64,000 nucleotides of DNA, from the IMG/VR virus record IMGVR_UViG_3300009104_001476; one strand, written 5' to 3'. Below the pieces are notes generated by a model. The model searched no databases. It had not been told where the DNA came from and saw nothing but the letters and a program-made list of their open reading frames with translations. This DNA comes from a virus. Positions 18,301 through 31,300 of the stretch are shown here, piece after piece; the first letter of the stretch is position 1; every line of letters starts with the position of its first letter. Made by a program: the position numbers and the translations under genes.

Positions 18301-19344
18301 ATGAAGAAGCCTGTAAAGAAATTAACCAAGAATAAGCTAAAAGGTTTATATTTAAACGTATTAAAAGGATATACTGTTTGTGAGAAAACGGAGAATCTTA
18401 ATGAGTTTTATATTAAACATTTAGATATTCATTCTTCTACGGACATTGATGAAGCTCACGATTCTCATTTCGACAGAGCTAAAAAAAAGGGCTTACCCAC
18501 GGAGGAAGACCAGCTCAAGTATTTAGACAAAGAAGAGCTATGGACAAACAAAGAAGAAATGGAGCTGCAAAATCAAGAGGAAATGATCAAGAGGCTTCGA
18601 CTTTCTAAAAGCAAAGTCATTCTTCAAGCTCAAATTAATTATTTCAATGAGGAGATAGAAAAAGAAACGATTATTCTTCACGAAAAGATAGATAAAAAAA
18701 ACGATCTCATGGGGTTCACTGCTGAAGCTTATGCTAACAAAAAGATTAATGAGTTTTATATTTATAATACCTTATATAAGGACCCTGATCTAAAGCAATT
18801 GTATTTCGAAAAAGAAGAGTTTGACTATATAAATTTTGAAAATTTCTCGAAGTTAATAGCTGCTTACAATGAAAATACAAAACATTATAATGCTTTAAAC
18901 CTGAAGAGAGTAGCTTTAAGCACGTTTTTTTTAAATTATTTTTACCTATGCGACGACAACCCTCAAATATTTTTTGGTAAACCTGTAATTGATTTAACTT
19001 ATCATCAGGTAGAATTATTCGGATACGCTAGGCATTTCAAACATATGATGTCTGAAGCTAAGTCTAAACCGCCAGATGAATTTTATGACGACCCAGACAA
19101 GCTTATAGAATACGTAGAAGCGGGTAAAAATGCTGAATCTATAATCGAGAAAGCTCAATCACAAGGTAAGGACAATGCTGCAACCTCTATTGTTGGGGCG
19201 ACCAAGGAAGATCTGAAAAGAATGGGTTTATCTGCCGGAAATCATGATGTGGGAGATGTAAATCTAAGCAAAGTGGCGTCTCAAAAAGACGGATCTTTAG
19301 ACATGGATGACTTGATAAAAATCCACGAAAAGGGAAGTCTGTAA
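18301..19344 (+). CDS. Putative second tail assembly chaperone (pre-TMP gene)
   Basis: 347 aa, helical, immediately upstream of the TMP. Confidence 0.5.
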   Translation: MKKPVKKLTKNKLKGLYLNVLKGYTVCEKTENLNEFYIKHLDIHSSTDIDEAHDSHFDRAKKKGLPTEEDQLKYLDKEELWTNKEEMELQNQEEMIKRLRLSKSKVILQAQINYFNEEIEKETIILHEKIDKKNDLMGFTAEAYANKKINEFYIYNTLYKDPDLKQLYFEKEEFDYINFENFSKLIAAYNENTKHYNALNLKRVALSTFFLNYFYLCDDNPQIFFGKPVIDLTYHQVELFGYARHFKHMMSEAKSKPPDEFYDDPDKLIEYVEAGKNAESIIEKAQSQGKDNAATSIVGATKEDLKRMGLSAGNHDVGDVNLSKVASQKDGSLDMDDLIKIHEKGSL

Positions 19345-19355
19345 GTGTAATTACA
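19345..19355 (+). promoter_or_regulatory. GTGTAA element upstream of the TMP (contains the palindrome TGTAATTACA)
   Basis: One of ten GTGTAA sites found within about 60 nt of start codons. Confidence 0.5.
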
Positions 19356-19393
19356 GATAATATCCCTCGGGTATGTTTATCAAGGAATAAGGA

Positions 19394-22300
19394 ATGGCAG
19401 AATCCGCATCAGTAAGAGTAAGGGCAGAGTTAGACTCGCGCCCCGCAGAGAAAACCTTGGCCCGCTTTGTAAAAAAAGCGGAAAGTGTTGATGTAAGGCT
19501 GTCTTTAAAAGACAAGAACTTTACTCAGCCTCTCGGAAGAATTACCGGAGCCGCTGACGAGTTCAATAAATCTCTCGCTGCTTCGAACGCTCGCGTCGTA
19601 GCTTTCGCGGCCTCAGCTGGGTTAATGTATTCCGTCCAAAGAGCTTTAGTCTCTGTTACTAAATCAGCCATTGAGGTGGAGGCAGCCTTGGCTGATATCA
19701 ATGTTATCCTTGGAGCTTCCTCTACAAATCTTGCTAAATTTGGAGATCAATTATTTAAAATAGCAGGGCAAACTGGTCAAGCTTTTCAAACAGTTACCGT
19801 GGCCGCTACTGAATTGGCTCGTCAGGGTTTATCGATGGAGGAAACCCTCAGGCGAACTAAAGATGCCATGATCCTGACTAGATTGGCCGGTATGGATGCG
19901 GCTTCAGCCGTAGACGCCTTAACGGCCTCAATCAACTCATTCAACAAAGCGGCTATCACGTCTACCGAAATAGTAAACAAAATGGCTACAGTCGATGCGG
20001 CCTTTGCGGTAAGTACAAACGATTTAGCGGACGCCTTAAAACGCGTAGGTAGTAGCGCTATTGACGCGGGAGTTAGTTTCGACCAGTTGATGGCTATGAC
20101 TACATCAGTGCAACAGATTACTGCTCGTGGTGGCGCAGTTATCGGTAACTCATTAAAGTCTATCTTCACCCGCATTCAAAGAACCGAGGTTTTGGATCAA
20201 CTGCAAATGTTGGGCGTGGCAGTAAGAGACATGAAAGGAAATACTTTACCAGCTATCCAAATCATGACCCAATTGGCTAAAACTATAGATAGTTTAAGCT
20301 CTGCTCAAAAAGCTAACATTACAGAATTAATGGGTGGCGTCTTCCAAATCAACGTAGTTAAAGCTGCTCTCGGTGATTTAGGTAAGGAATATTCTATTTA
20401 TCAAAACGCTTTAAAAGTTTCTACAGACGCAACCGACGCAGCGACTAAAAGAAATGAAAAGTTAAATGAAACTCTATCTGCTTTAGTAAATAAAACTTTC
20501 CAGAACGTTAAGAAAGCAGGCGCGGAGATCGGCAAATTAACTATCGCTCCAGCCTTGGAGGGGGTGCTAGATAAAGTAAATAGTGCGCTGGAAAAATTCG
20601 ACCCGAAAGATTCAGAAAGCACTGGTAATAAAATTGCTCGAGGAATTCTGGAAGGCATAGGTAACTTCATTAAGGGACCCGGGTTAATTATTGGTTTAGC
20701 TGTCATAGGAAAACTTCTTCAACAATTCGGTAAATTTGCTAGCGACTCATTCAAAGAGTTCTTTAATATCAACGAAGCAGCGAAAAAAAGACTCGCTATG
20801 GAGAAGTTTATTAATCAAGAACTATCTCACAACGAAGATTTAACACAAGCTATATTATCGGGAGAACTGAAAGTTGCTGATGCAGAAAAAATTATATTAA
20901 AAGGTTTAGAAGCTCGAGTTCTCCAGCAGGAGAAATTAAATAGGTTGATCAAGGAGGCTTCTTACGGGCTGAGCCGTAGAGGGGCTCATGCGGCATTGGT
21001 TGATCCGACAGAAGGAACTTACGCAGTTAAGCCTCCTAAAAGGTCTGGTGGCCATGTCCCGAATTTTTCTCAGATAGATATTCAGGCTTTAGTTAAAGAA
21101 GAGTTAACGTCTGCAAGCTATGCAAAATCAGGCACGAAAGCTGTAATTGATACCTTACCCGGTTTAGGACTCCATGTAAGAAATACCGAAGAGAGCATAT
21201 CTTACGCTCCGGGTATGAGGTCTCCTTTTATCAATCCCCCAATTGATAGTCCCGAAGGAAGAACTCATAGAGAAAAATCAATACGGCAGACTGGTATAGA
21301 CCCTTATCAATTATCATCGAGTTCAGGGCTTCCGGGTTTTGCCAAGGCTAACAAAAAAAAGCCTACCCCAAAAATAAAAGACTTAAGATCTAGTAATAAA
21401 TCAAAAGGCGTACTTCTCCCAGAGTTTGGCAGGAACGACACGAACTTAACGTTTCAATCAAGTCTAGCTCAAGTCTTTCCTGACACTAAGAGCCTAGAGA
21501 GGCAGAAATGGGCAGAAAAGGGCTTTACCGGTTTTAAGATGACTGGTGTAAAAGCTGCTAGATTAAGAGAAAAATCTTCAGCCTCTTTCGACACCTTGTT
21601 AGATTCCAATTTCGACCCCGCGATACAAGGCTTGGGTTCATCTATAGTAGGAACCAATAAGGGTAAACTTCCTAAAAAGACCACCGGAAAATTTTCTGAT
21701 TACTTTGATAAAAAAGCTTGGCCTCAAACTAAAGGTCGAATCTTCGAAGCGGCTTTAAATTATGTTGCAGTTAACATGTCTGCAAAAGCTCAAATGAACA
21801 ACAGGCTTGCAGAGATTAAAAATCTTACTGGAGGAGAAACTTGGGATTTCCCAGATATAAAAAATCAATTGGCGTCTTTATATAAGATTCAGCCGGCGGG
21901 GAACTGGGACGCTAAGTCGAACATTGACCAAGGGACTCAAGCCTCTATTATCAAGAAAACTTTGAATACTAAATATCAAGGTAAAACTATTCCAAATAAA
22001 TCTGCCGGATCTATTCCTAACTTCAGCCTAGGCCAAAAAGTTATGGGCATAAATACTATTCAGGCAAAAAACGCGATAGAAAGATTTAGATCTGGAGAAA
22101 TTTCGCAAGCGCAAGGATTAGTTACTCAGATTAATTCTTCCAGAAGTTTATCTTCAGCAGAAAAGAGCACATTGAAAGAGGAGATCAATGCTATTAGACG
22201 TCAAAAGAAAAACGCAAAGAATCCTAAAGGCCTAACTATCGATGGGACTAATTTAGGGAGCATGCTAGTTCCAAGAGTCGGCTCTTCTCAGGGAACCGGT

Positions 22301-25300
22301 TTAGCTAAGCCTAAAATAGATAAAGACAATACCTTGCTCCGTCAATATCTTTCGAAAAATTACCAAGCGAAAACTGGATTAAATTTTGACAAGCTCCCTG
22401 AAGAAGCGAAAAAGAAAGTCATAAGCTCAACGAAAGCTTCATTTCCTGTTTTGGCTCCTTCTCGAGGCAACAACGTCAACATTGTCGATGATGTAGCCAC
22501 CGCGATAGAAAAAGAAACTAGAAGCTTCGTAGCAAGCATGAAAGGCGGGAGTGAAGCCAAAAAAGCAAACGTACTAAACAACTTAAGCACTCATCAGAGT
22601 AGTATCAGCTCCGCTGCTGGAGCAGTATTTGAGTCAGGAATTAAATCAGCTTTTGATTTAGAAATTGGGAAAACAAATGATAGGTTCGATGTCTCGACCT
22701 CTGCAGGTCTTAAGGAGGCTTTTCCAATTGAAACCCCTTATGGAGAATTTAAAATAGATGATAATAGCCCATTGAGACAAGACATGGCCGCAAAGATTTT
22801 GAGGCAAAAAATACAAATGGGTATAGCTTCCGGGGGGCATGTGCCAAACTTCGCATCTCCCCAATCTTTGACAACGCCGCCTCCGCCGTACACACGTGAA
22901 GAGACCGAGAGATTAATCAAGCTCTGGACCAGCGGCAAAGCAAATCGTTTTGATCCAAACGATTTGTGGGAATCCATGCCTAGGAACAGAAGAGGCCCCG
23001 AGGTAGACCCAATTACGGGGTTACCTGTAAGCCTCAAAAGTCCTACTCACTCAGCCCGTTTGCAAAGGGGCTATCAGGGGAATCCCGCCTTTGGGTTTGG
23101 ACTCAGCCCTTGGTCCGGGGGGGCTGTCGAACCAAGAGTAAATCCGAGAACGGGCTTGCCTTATGCTGGGGGTTTTATTCCTAGTTTTAGCAAAAAAGAT
23201 ACAAACAGAATGAGAGAGTCTAAACAGGCGGGAGTGCCTTATTCTCAGACTTACCTCAGCTTCGTTGATACGTCGAAATACGCTGGCCCTGTGATAGGGA
23301 ACAGAAAGGATGAACCAACCTACCAAGCCCTGATAAAAGCCGTTAGAAGCCATCCTGACCCCAAGAATGCAGGTATGGCAGCGGGTGGATACATCCCGAG
23401 TTTTGCTGATGCTGCAGATGCCCCCGCCCCTCTACCGATAAAGAAGATGAATCTAGATGATCTTGGTTCTGAACCTCTGAAAAGGGTTAAAACGCTAGAG
23501 TCTAAATTGAAAGGCTTTGTAGCGAGGTTAGAAAAAATGAACGAAACTACGGGCGGCTTAAGCCCAGAAGTAAATGAAGCTGTAGAAGAAGCAAAAGGAG
23601 CCCTTTCATTTGTTCAGAAGACTGGGAAAAAGTTAGGAGAGCTTGGTGGTAAAATTCAAGAGCTAGAAGATGAACTGAAGCCGTTGGAAACTGATCTTGA
23701 CGAAGCTAACCTGTCAATTCAGGGAAGCAATACTCATCTTGAGGGCTTACGCGGCGAGCTTGAACAATTTAAAGCCGAGTTGGGTCAAACGGAAGACGGA
23801 GTAACTCTCGCGAGAGAAGATTTGAAAGCATCTAATAATGCTATATCAAGCTTACCCAATCTGGAGGATGGGTATAAAAATTTAAAAACAAAGGAAGAGG
23901 AAAAGCTCCAAGAACTAAGAGCCGCAGAACAAGCTGCTGGAAAACAAGAAAGAAAAAATCTGGTTAATAAGAGAGCTGTGATCCAAGGGGACTTTGACGA
24001 AGAGGGAATGCGCCACGGTCAACCTGATAGAGTGGGGTACACAAAAAGCGTTTTAGGAGAATTAGGAGCAAACGCTGGCCAAGCAGGAGGTAGGAGTTCG
24101 ATAAAGACCTTAACGGAGGGGGTTGGAGCTAGCAAGACGGGTCAACTAGATTTAAAGGCTCAAGATGCTCTTGCGATAACTTTACAAAAGCAAAGAAACG
24201 CCGCAATCATGGGGCAACATGACGAAGCACAGAAGATAGAAGATGAATTCAGGCTTACTCATAAAATCTCAGAAAAACATACGCATACCCAAGATGCTTT
24301 AGATAAAGTTTTTCAGAAAAATTTAGACGCCGGCACAACCATAGGTAACAAGGCCGAGGAAGAAGCAGCCCTGTGGGATAAAACAACACAAGCCAAGAAG
24401 GCTGAGTATGAGACTGCCAAAGACAAGACAAAATTAGCTGAAGGTGAATATAAAGAAGCGAAGAGGCTGAAGGGCTTGCGCGGTAAAAGAGAAAAAGCTT
24501 TAGATAAAGCAACAAGAGCGGAAGAGAAAGCGGCTGATCAGGTAACATTGACTAATCGTAAGATATCAGAAGGAAATCAAGAGCGGGATAAGCAAAAACG
24601 TAAACAAAAAGATATAAATAATAAAATTGATAAAGTCAACAAGGAGTTGGATGATGAGGTAAAAGCACAGGCGGCAAAAACAAAAGAAGTTGAGGAAGGC
24701 GTAGATAAGGCAAAAAAAGTTAACGATTCCACGGGCAAAGTTGAGAAAGGACTACAAAAAGAAGCTGAGGGTCGTAAAAATCAAAGCTTCGGAGCAGGAT
24801 CATACAATCCGTGGTCTCAGCAAGGGAAAAGATATAAATCTCTAAAGGTTGCTGCTGGTGGAGATACGGATGCACTTGCCGCTCTTGGACTGACTCAAGG
24901 GCAAGCTCAGGGTGAATTAGCTGGAGCTAAAGAACAAAGACAACAAGCCATACAAGGTAAAGCTATGTTGGCTTCAATGGCGTTGCCGATGGTAACGAGC
25001 ATGGCTGCTCAACATTTTGAAGAAGGTACTGAAGAAGGCGCGCGCGGCAAGGCGGGGGCGGAGGCAATCGGACAGGCAGGCTCTATGGCTGCTATGGGTG
25101 CGATGTTTGGACCTTGGGGTGCAGCTGCAGGTGCCGTTGTCGGAGCAACAATGGGGATTATAGACGTTTTAGGCAAGTGGGAAGATAAAACTTATGAATT
25201 TAATACCGCTGCGGAAACAGCAGAGGAGAAATTGACTAAATTCAATAACGCTTCACAAACTTATTTAAAGTCTCTTACTGAATTCAACGAAGTAATGACT

Positions 25301-28300
25301 TCTACATCTGGTGAAATTGACGGAAATAAAGCTGACAAATTTAGAAAAAATCTTAGCGAAGCTTTACTAAGTATTCCAAGTGAATACAGATTCCAACTTA
25401 GCAAGGCTCAAGGTAATGTAGAAAGGATTCAAGAGATCTTTGCAGAAATTCAAGCAGACTTGCAAAGAGACGCGAATACCAGAAGAGCTCAAGCGGACTT
25501 AGCCACAGAGATAGAAGAAAGAATACCTAGAGGCAAAGGGAAGATGTTTAAAGGAAAGGAGAGTGATAGCGATCAGAAAAAAGTTTTCGAAATGATCAAG
25601 AGTACTTTAGACATGAGTAGGTTTTACGGAGAGGAAGGGGAAAAGCTCGGAGCTAAATTAAGAAACGCTTCTAAAAAAATAGCTAGCGATTTTAGTGGCT
25701 TTAAGGCCGTTTTAAAAGAGGCTGGCGCAGACGCAAAAACCTTAGAATTGCTAGACGATATGCTTGAAGGTGGCGCGTCGAATATAACGCTGTTAGGTGA
25801 TGAATTTGAAAACTTTGGTTCAGACGCCGCTCTCGCTTCTAGAGCAGGAGATAATTTAACCTCTTCAATACTCGCTTATAGAAGAAGAATGGAGGCGGTC
25901 AAAGAAGAACAGGATAGATGGAACTCTATAATGGACGAATCTAAAGAACGAGTTAAAAGACTCGCGTCTGTATTGCTCGACAGATTAAAATTCATAGACA
26001 ACATGAGGAATCAGCGGGCCGCCCATGCTAGAGGCATGGCCATGACCGAAATAAAAGGCAGACAACAGGTAGCTCAACCGTTTATAGATAATATACAAAA
26101 GGTAGACTTAGGAGCTTCGGTTCAACGAGCCGATATGCAAAATAAACAGGTGAACTCTTTAGAAAAACTTAATAGCTCTATTAAGATAGGTTTAATCGGC
26201 ACTATAAATGATAAATTTGAAAAACTAACGACTTCTACTGAAAGGATAACTGAAAACGCAAGTGAAGACCAGAACCTTACAAATAACGAGCTACAAAAAC
26301 AAAATAAAACTTTAACAGGATACAGAGACGCTTTAATTAAAGCTGTAACGTCAGCTTCAGGTGGCGGGGACACGTTTCACGAAATAGCCGCCTCAATGAA
26401 AGAAATCATAAAGAAAGCAGAAGTAACGGGTTCTGCGCGCGCCGCATTGGAAAGCGATTTATTAGCCGTCGTAGAAAAAGGAAATCATGACTTGGCGTTA
26501 ATGAGTGATGCTCACAAGAATGAACTAGAAACACAAAGACTAAGCGCTCAGTACCAAAAAGAGACTGCTATAAACACAAAGCAAATGGCCCAATTAGGAA
26601 CTATTGGAGGAATGATGGCCGGGCCAGACTTTTCAAAGATTAATAAAGTGTTTGAAGATGCAGCTTTAAGCTCTTTTAGAGCAAACTCTGATCAAGAAGG
26701 AAGCAGGAGCTCTCTAAATATCTTAGATTTATTAAGAAATTTTGCTGGAACATCAGGAGCAGCTTTACCGGCTTCAATGAGAGCAAACGCTGTGGAGGGG
26801 GTAAAAAGTAACCTTTCCACTAAAGTAGCTAGAATCCGATCAGGTATGGAAAGTACCGGGCAAATGACTCCGGAGCTACAAGAAGAACTTGACCAGTTAA
26901 ATAATAACCTAGACGAAATAGCAGAAACTAAAGTCGCCGCCCAGCTAAAAGATGTTCCGACTCACTTGCAAACCATTGCGGACAAAATTAGCAGTCTAAC
27001 AGATAAAACCGTAAATGAAGCCTCTATGGAGCAAGCTGTTGCGGCGGCACTAACATCGGTCATGGGCGGTTCTTCTAAGCATATAGTTGATCCTTTAGTA
27101 AGAATAGAATCTATACTTAACTTCCAGAGGGGAATTAACGAAATTAAACAAGTACAGAACAACGTAGCTGATGCGTTAAAGGCTCAACAACAACTAGCTG
27201 GAAATATAGAAACGAGTATGAGTGAAGTGGGAAGTATGGCGATAGACTTGGCTAAGAATGTACCCGACTCTATTTTAGACGCCACTGTAGGAATGAATAT
27301 TAAACAAATTCGAGGTCTTATAGATAACGAAGGACAAGGTTTTACGCAAGATGCGGAGGGGCTTGCTAAACAGAAAGGTGCCCTTCAGAAGTTAATGAAC
27401 GTGGTGATCAAGTTAGACGGCACAATAACGAGGGGTAAGGTTTTCGATACTGACTGGGGGCTAAATTCGCCCGATCTTGTCGCTGAAAGGGAGGACGCTA
27501 AAATTATAGGTGGAAATACAAGTGCGATAAGTAGAACGGGGCAAGGGTCGATGCTTCATAAACAGATAGTAGATTTAAAGGCGAATCAAGAGAAGTTTGA
27601 AAGTGACACGCGTTCAGGTAAGTATGACGAAGCCTTTAATGAGGGGATGAACCTTACAAAAATATCAGCTCTGAAACGGCACATGTACGGCGCGGGCCCC
27701 ATATCGGATGTCATCAGGATTACGAAGGAGCATTTAAGGATGAACAAAGAGTTCGGGTTTAAAGGGCCGGGAGAGGGACCCCGAGTCGATCATCAGCTTA
27801 TCGAGAAATTTATTAATAAACTTGTAACATCCTCGGCTTCACTAAAGGGCGATGAGAAACTCGATTTCGGTGCCGTATGGGGTTTACTAAGGGAAGCAGA
27901 TCAGGAATGGGTAAATCAAAAAGGTCCAAGATACGGGATGGCTTTTAATCAGAGTGACGGAGGGAACCTCACTAATCAAAAGAAGGTTGTAAATGCTGCG
28001 CTGCTGGCTTTAGCTACGTATGCTGAGAATCAGAAGTCTGGAGCTAGCATAGATCACTCTGGGTCGTGGTCAGATCAATCTGGGCGAAGGAAGACGGTAA
28101 GGGAAGAAGTAAGAAATCAAATGAACGCGACCATGCAAGGACTTCAGCAGAGAGCCGATGATCCGCTACAAACGGGTAGAAAACATCAAGTGCTACCCAC
28201 TTTCGATCAATTAACGGGAGAGGGGGGGTTGCTAGATAAGCAACTAGTTAAGAACCAAGAAGTGGAAAGTGCTCAAGCGGAAATGCGCAGATTAATGGCC

Positions 28301-31300
28301 CAGTTGACAAAACGCTCAACGGCTGAGCAAGTCAATATGATGAGGGACCGTTATGCTGGAGAGATGAGACAGAGAGAAGGTAAAATGGGCGCTATAGTTA
28401 CTGGACTAGGCATAGGACCGGGCGCAAAGGATGAGGTGATGGACAAATTAAAGAAGGCGAGCTCGGTTGAAGAGGTGACAAAAATCATAAAAGACGCGGA
28501 TGGAGAAGTCTCAGATAAACAAAAAGTCACTCTAGAGCAACTTGAAGGCGAAATACAAGAACATAAAGCTCAGAAAAAAGTCTTAGAAGAAATTACGGCC
28601 ATTTATAATCGGAAAAAGGCTACCGCTGCCGCCGCCGCGGCTGAAGAAGAAGAAAAACTGAAAGTAGAAAGAAAAGCTCTAGAAAAGGAAGCAAGCGGTA
28701 AGATCGGCCAAGCTCTAGAGCTAAAAACTCCCGAAGCGAAAAGAGCATTCAATAAAGAGATTAGAAATATGGATTGGAAAAAGCTTTCTGAGCTAAATAC
28801 ATATTTCGATGAACAGGAAGCAGGCGTTTTACACGCACTGTATCCGGGCTCGAAGGACCTAGAGGAAGCTTTATCTCCTACAGGAGGCTTACTCGGAGAA
28901 GGGAGTGCGGCTAAGAGGAAAACAGTCAAAGAGATGATGGCGGAGAGAACAAGGCAAGCCGCAGGAAGAACTGCGAATTTATTTGGAGATAATATATTTA
29001 GTTACGATGCAGAACTTCAAAAGGCTGGCTTTAAGGAAAGATATACAAATCCAATGCTTCCCGGACAGAATAATGCTTTTAAAAATGCAAAAATAGATGA
29101 CCCGTTTCAAATCCGCGCTGGAGCAGAAGTCACTTTCATGGATGACAAGGGTATTATAGAAAGCATTAGAGACAGATACGCTACAATTGGAGTTGGCGCT
29201 CAAGAGGCTAAAGCCCTTACGCAAGACGTGGCCAAGAAAGTTATTAAGGGGAGATTGGAAGCCTTCAAACTATTTAAAAATTCAGACTTAAGTTATAGTC
29301 AATATATAGTTAAGTTAGCGGGAGCTGAACTGGAAATGTTTAGAACAGATGCTGCATCCGGGAAAATAAGCCAAGCAGACTTAGCCGGTAAGTTAAAGGC
29401 TCAAGTAGATAAAGAGTTAGGAGAAGGGTTAAATGTCGATCATTTATTCGCTCAGTACTTGCACGCCAACATGTCCATGAATAAGAAAGACTATGATAAT
29501 TTAGCTCGCACAGTTGCAGAGTCAATGGCTTCAGGATTGATGGGACATAAAGGCGGTGGAATTCATTCTGCTCAATTAGTTCAAGATAAGAGTAAAAAAA
29601 TCGTAGACCGTGTGAAGGGCCTTGAATTAGGTAAAAGTCAAACAACGGCTTATACTAATGCTCTAGGAACATTCGAAACATTCCAAATGAATTTTAACCT
29701 AGGCTTAGGGGGCAGAGCACAGATGCTTGCTGCTTTAAATACGAAACTTCAATCTGCTCTTCAGAACACTAGGGGAACAGATGGCGAGATAGAAAAAGCT
29801 TACGATGAATACATAGAAGCTTTAACTACTGGCTTAAGGCCTCAAGATAAAATTATGGAACGTAAGGGCATAATGGATTCTACGGGTAAGAAGGTGGGGA
29901 GAGATCAGATAAAAACTTTAGATTCGAAAGTTGAAAGTATAGTAAACAAATACGAAGGTCAGGCCGCGGCTGGCCTGATAACAGAGGAAGGCCGGACAAC
30001 TCTACAAAATGCTGAAAGCATACTTGAGGCTACAAAGCTAGCTAACGAAAAAGACTTAGTCTCTACGGCCGCTATGACCACCGCAAGAAAGAATTTTTTA
30101 GACGCCTTACTTAAGCATGGATCAGATCAGACGGCGGTTGCTGATGCTTATAGGAATTACGCCGCGTCTGTGGCCGCTAAATTTAAACCGCAAGATTTAA
30201 CCGGTATTAGCGCACAAGTTACGGGGCAATTTGGTCAAGAAATGATGGGACCAGACGCAGGCACTTTTGGCGCAACCTCGCAAGCTATAACCGAGAAGTA
30301 TAATAAGGCGTTCGGGAAGGGACAAATATCGAAAGCAGCAGTACCAAGATTAGCAAAAGCCGAAGGGGCGCTCAAAGCTGCTGAAAGTAAAGCTAAAGCA
30401 GGAGTCTTAACTGCGGAACAATTAACGGGCGCTTATTTGAAATTTCTAAATACTCTCAATTCTGAAACTAATAAGCTTACTGAGGTTCAAGCGGCTTATG
30501 AGAAATATACAGCGAGCTTAGGTGAGAAAAAGGGCGGGAAGGATTTGGTCACAAGCAGAACCAAAGTCCTTGAGGCTACGAGAAAAGGCGCCACAAGAGG
30601 CGGTCAAGCTGGATTAGTTGAGGAAGTCGAGTCAATAACCAAAGCCAATCAGAGACTTTTCAATAGAGGAAAATTAACCGGTGAAAGCTTAGAAGCTTTA
30701 AATAAAGCAGAAAGTCAGTATCATAATGCTCAAACCAATTGGGCAAACGGTTTATCGAGCACTGCGGCGTTGATGGCTGCAGCATCTAAGAATCTTCAAG
30801 CGGCTGTCGCTTCCGGCAACACTGGTAAAATAAAAAAAGCATTAAATGAATACATATCGAAATTAGATACAGAGCTTAAGCCTCAAGACTATCTTGAAAA
30901 AGCTGGTAAATTCATTCAAAAAAATCAAAACAAAGTAGGAAAAGGTAATAGAGAAGACTTCGCTAAGGATTTGAAAAAAACATCAGACAAGTACGAAAAG
31001 TTAGTTGATGAAGGGTTATTGACCGAGCAGGATGGTCAAATTATTTCTCAAGCTTTAGCAGACTTTGGCGCAGCTCAACAAAACTTCAAAGACGGTTTGA
31101 TTTCTCAATCGCAACTTTTGAAAAGTGCTGAAAATCAATTATCAAAAATCTCTGGCACAAGCGGAAGCGCTGAAATCAAAAAAGCCATGAAAGACTATAT
31201 GAAGGCGTCAACTGAGCCTATCGACGCCTTGTCCACCTTACAAGAGACCGGCAAAGATCTGGGGTCCTTGGGCGGGGGGATACTGGGTAAAGATCTGGGC

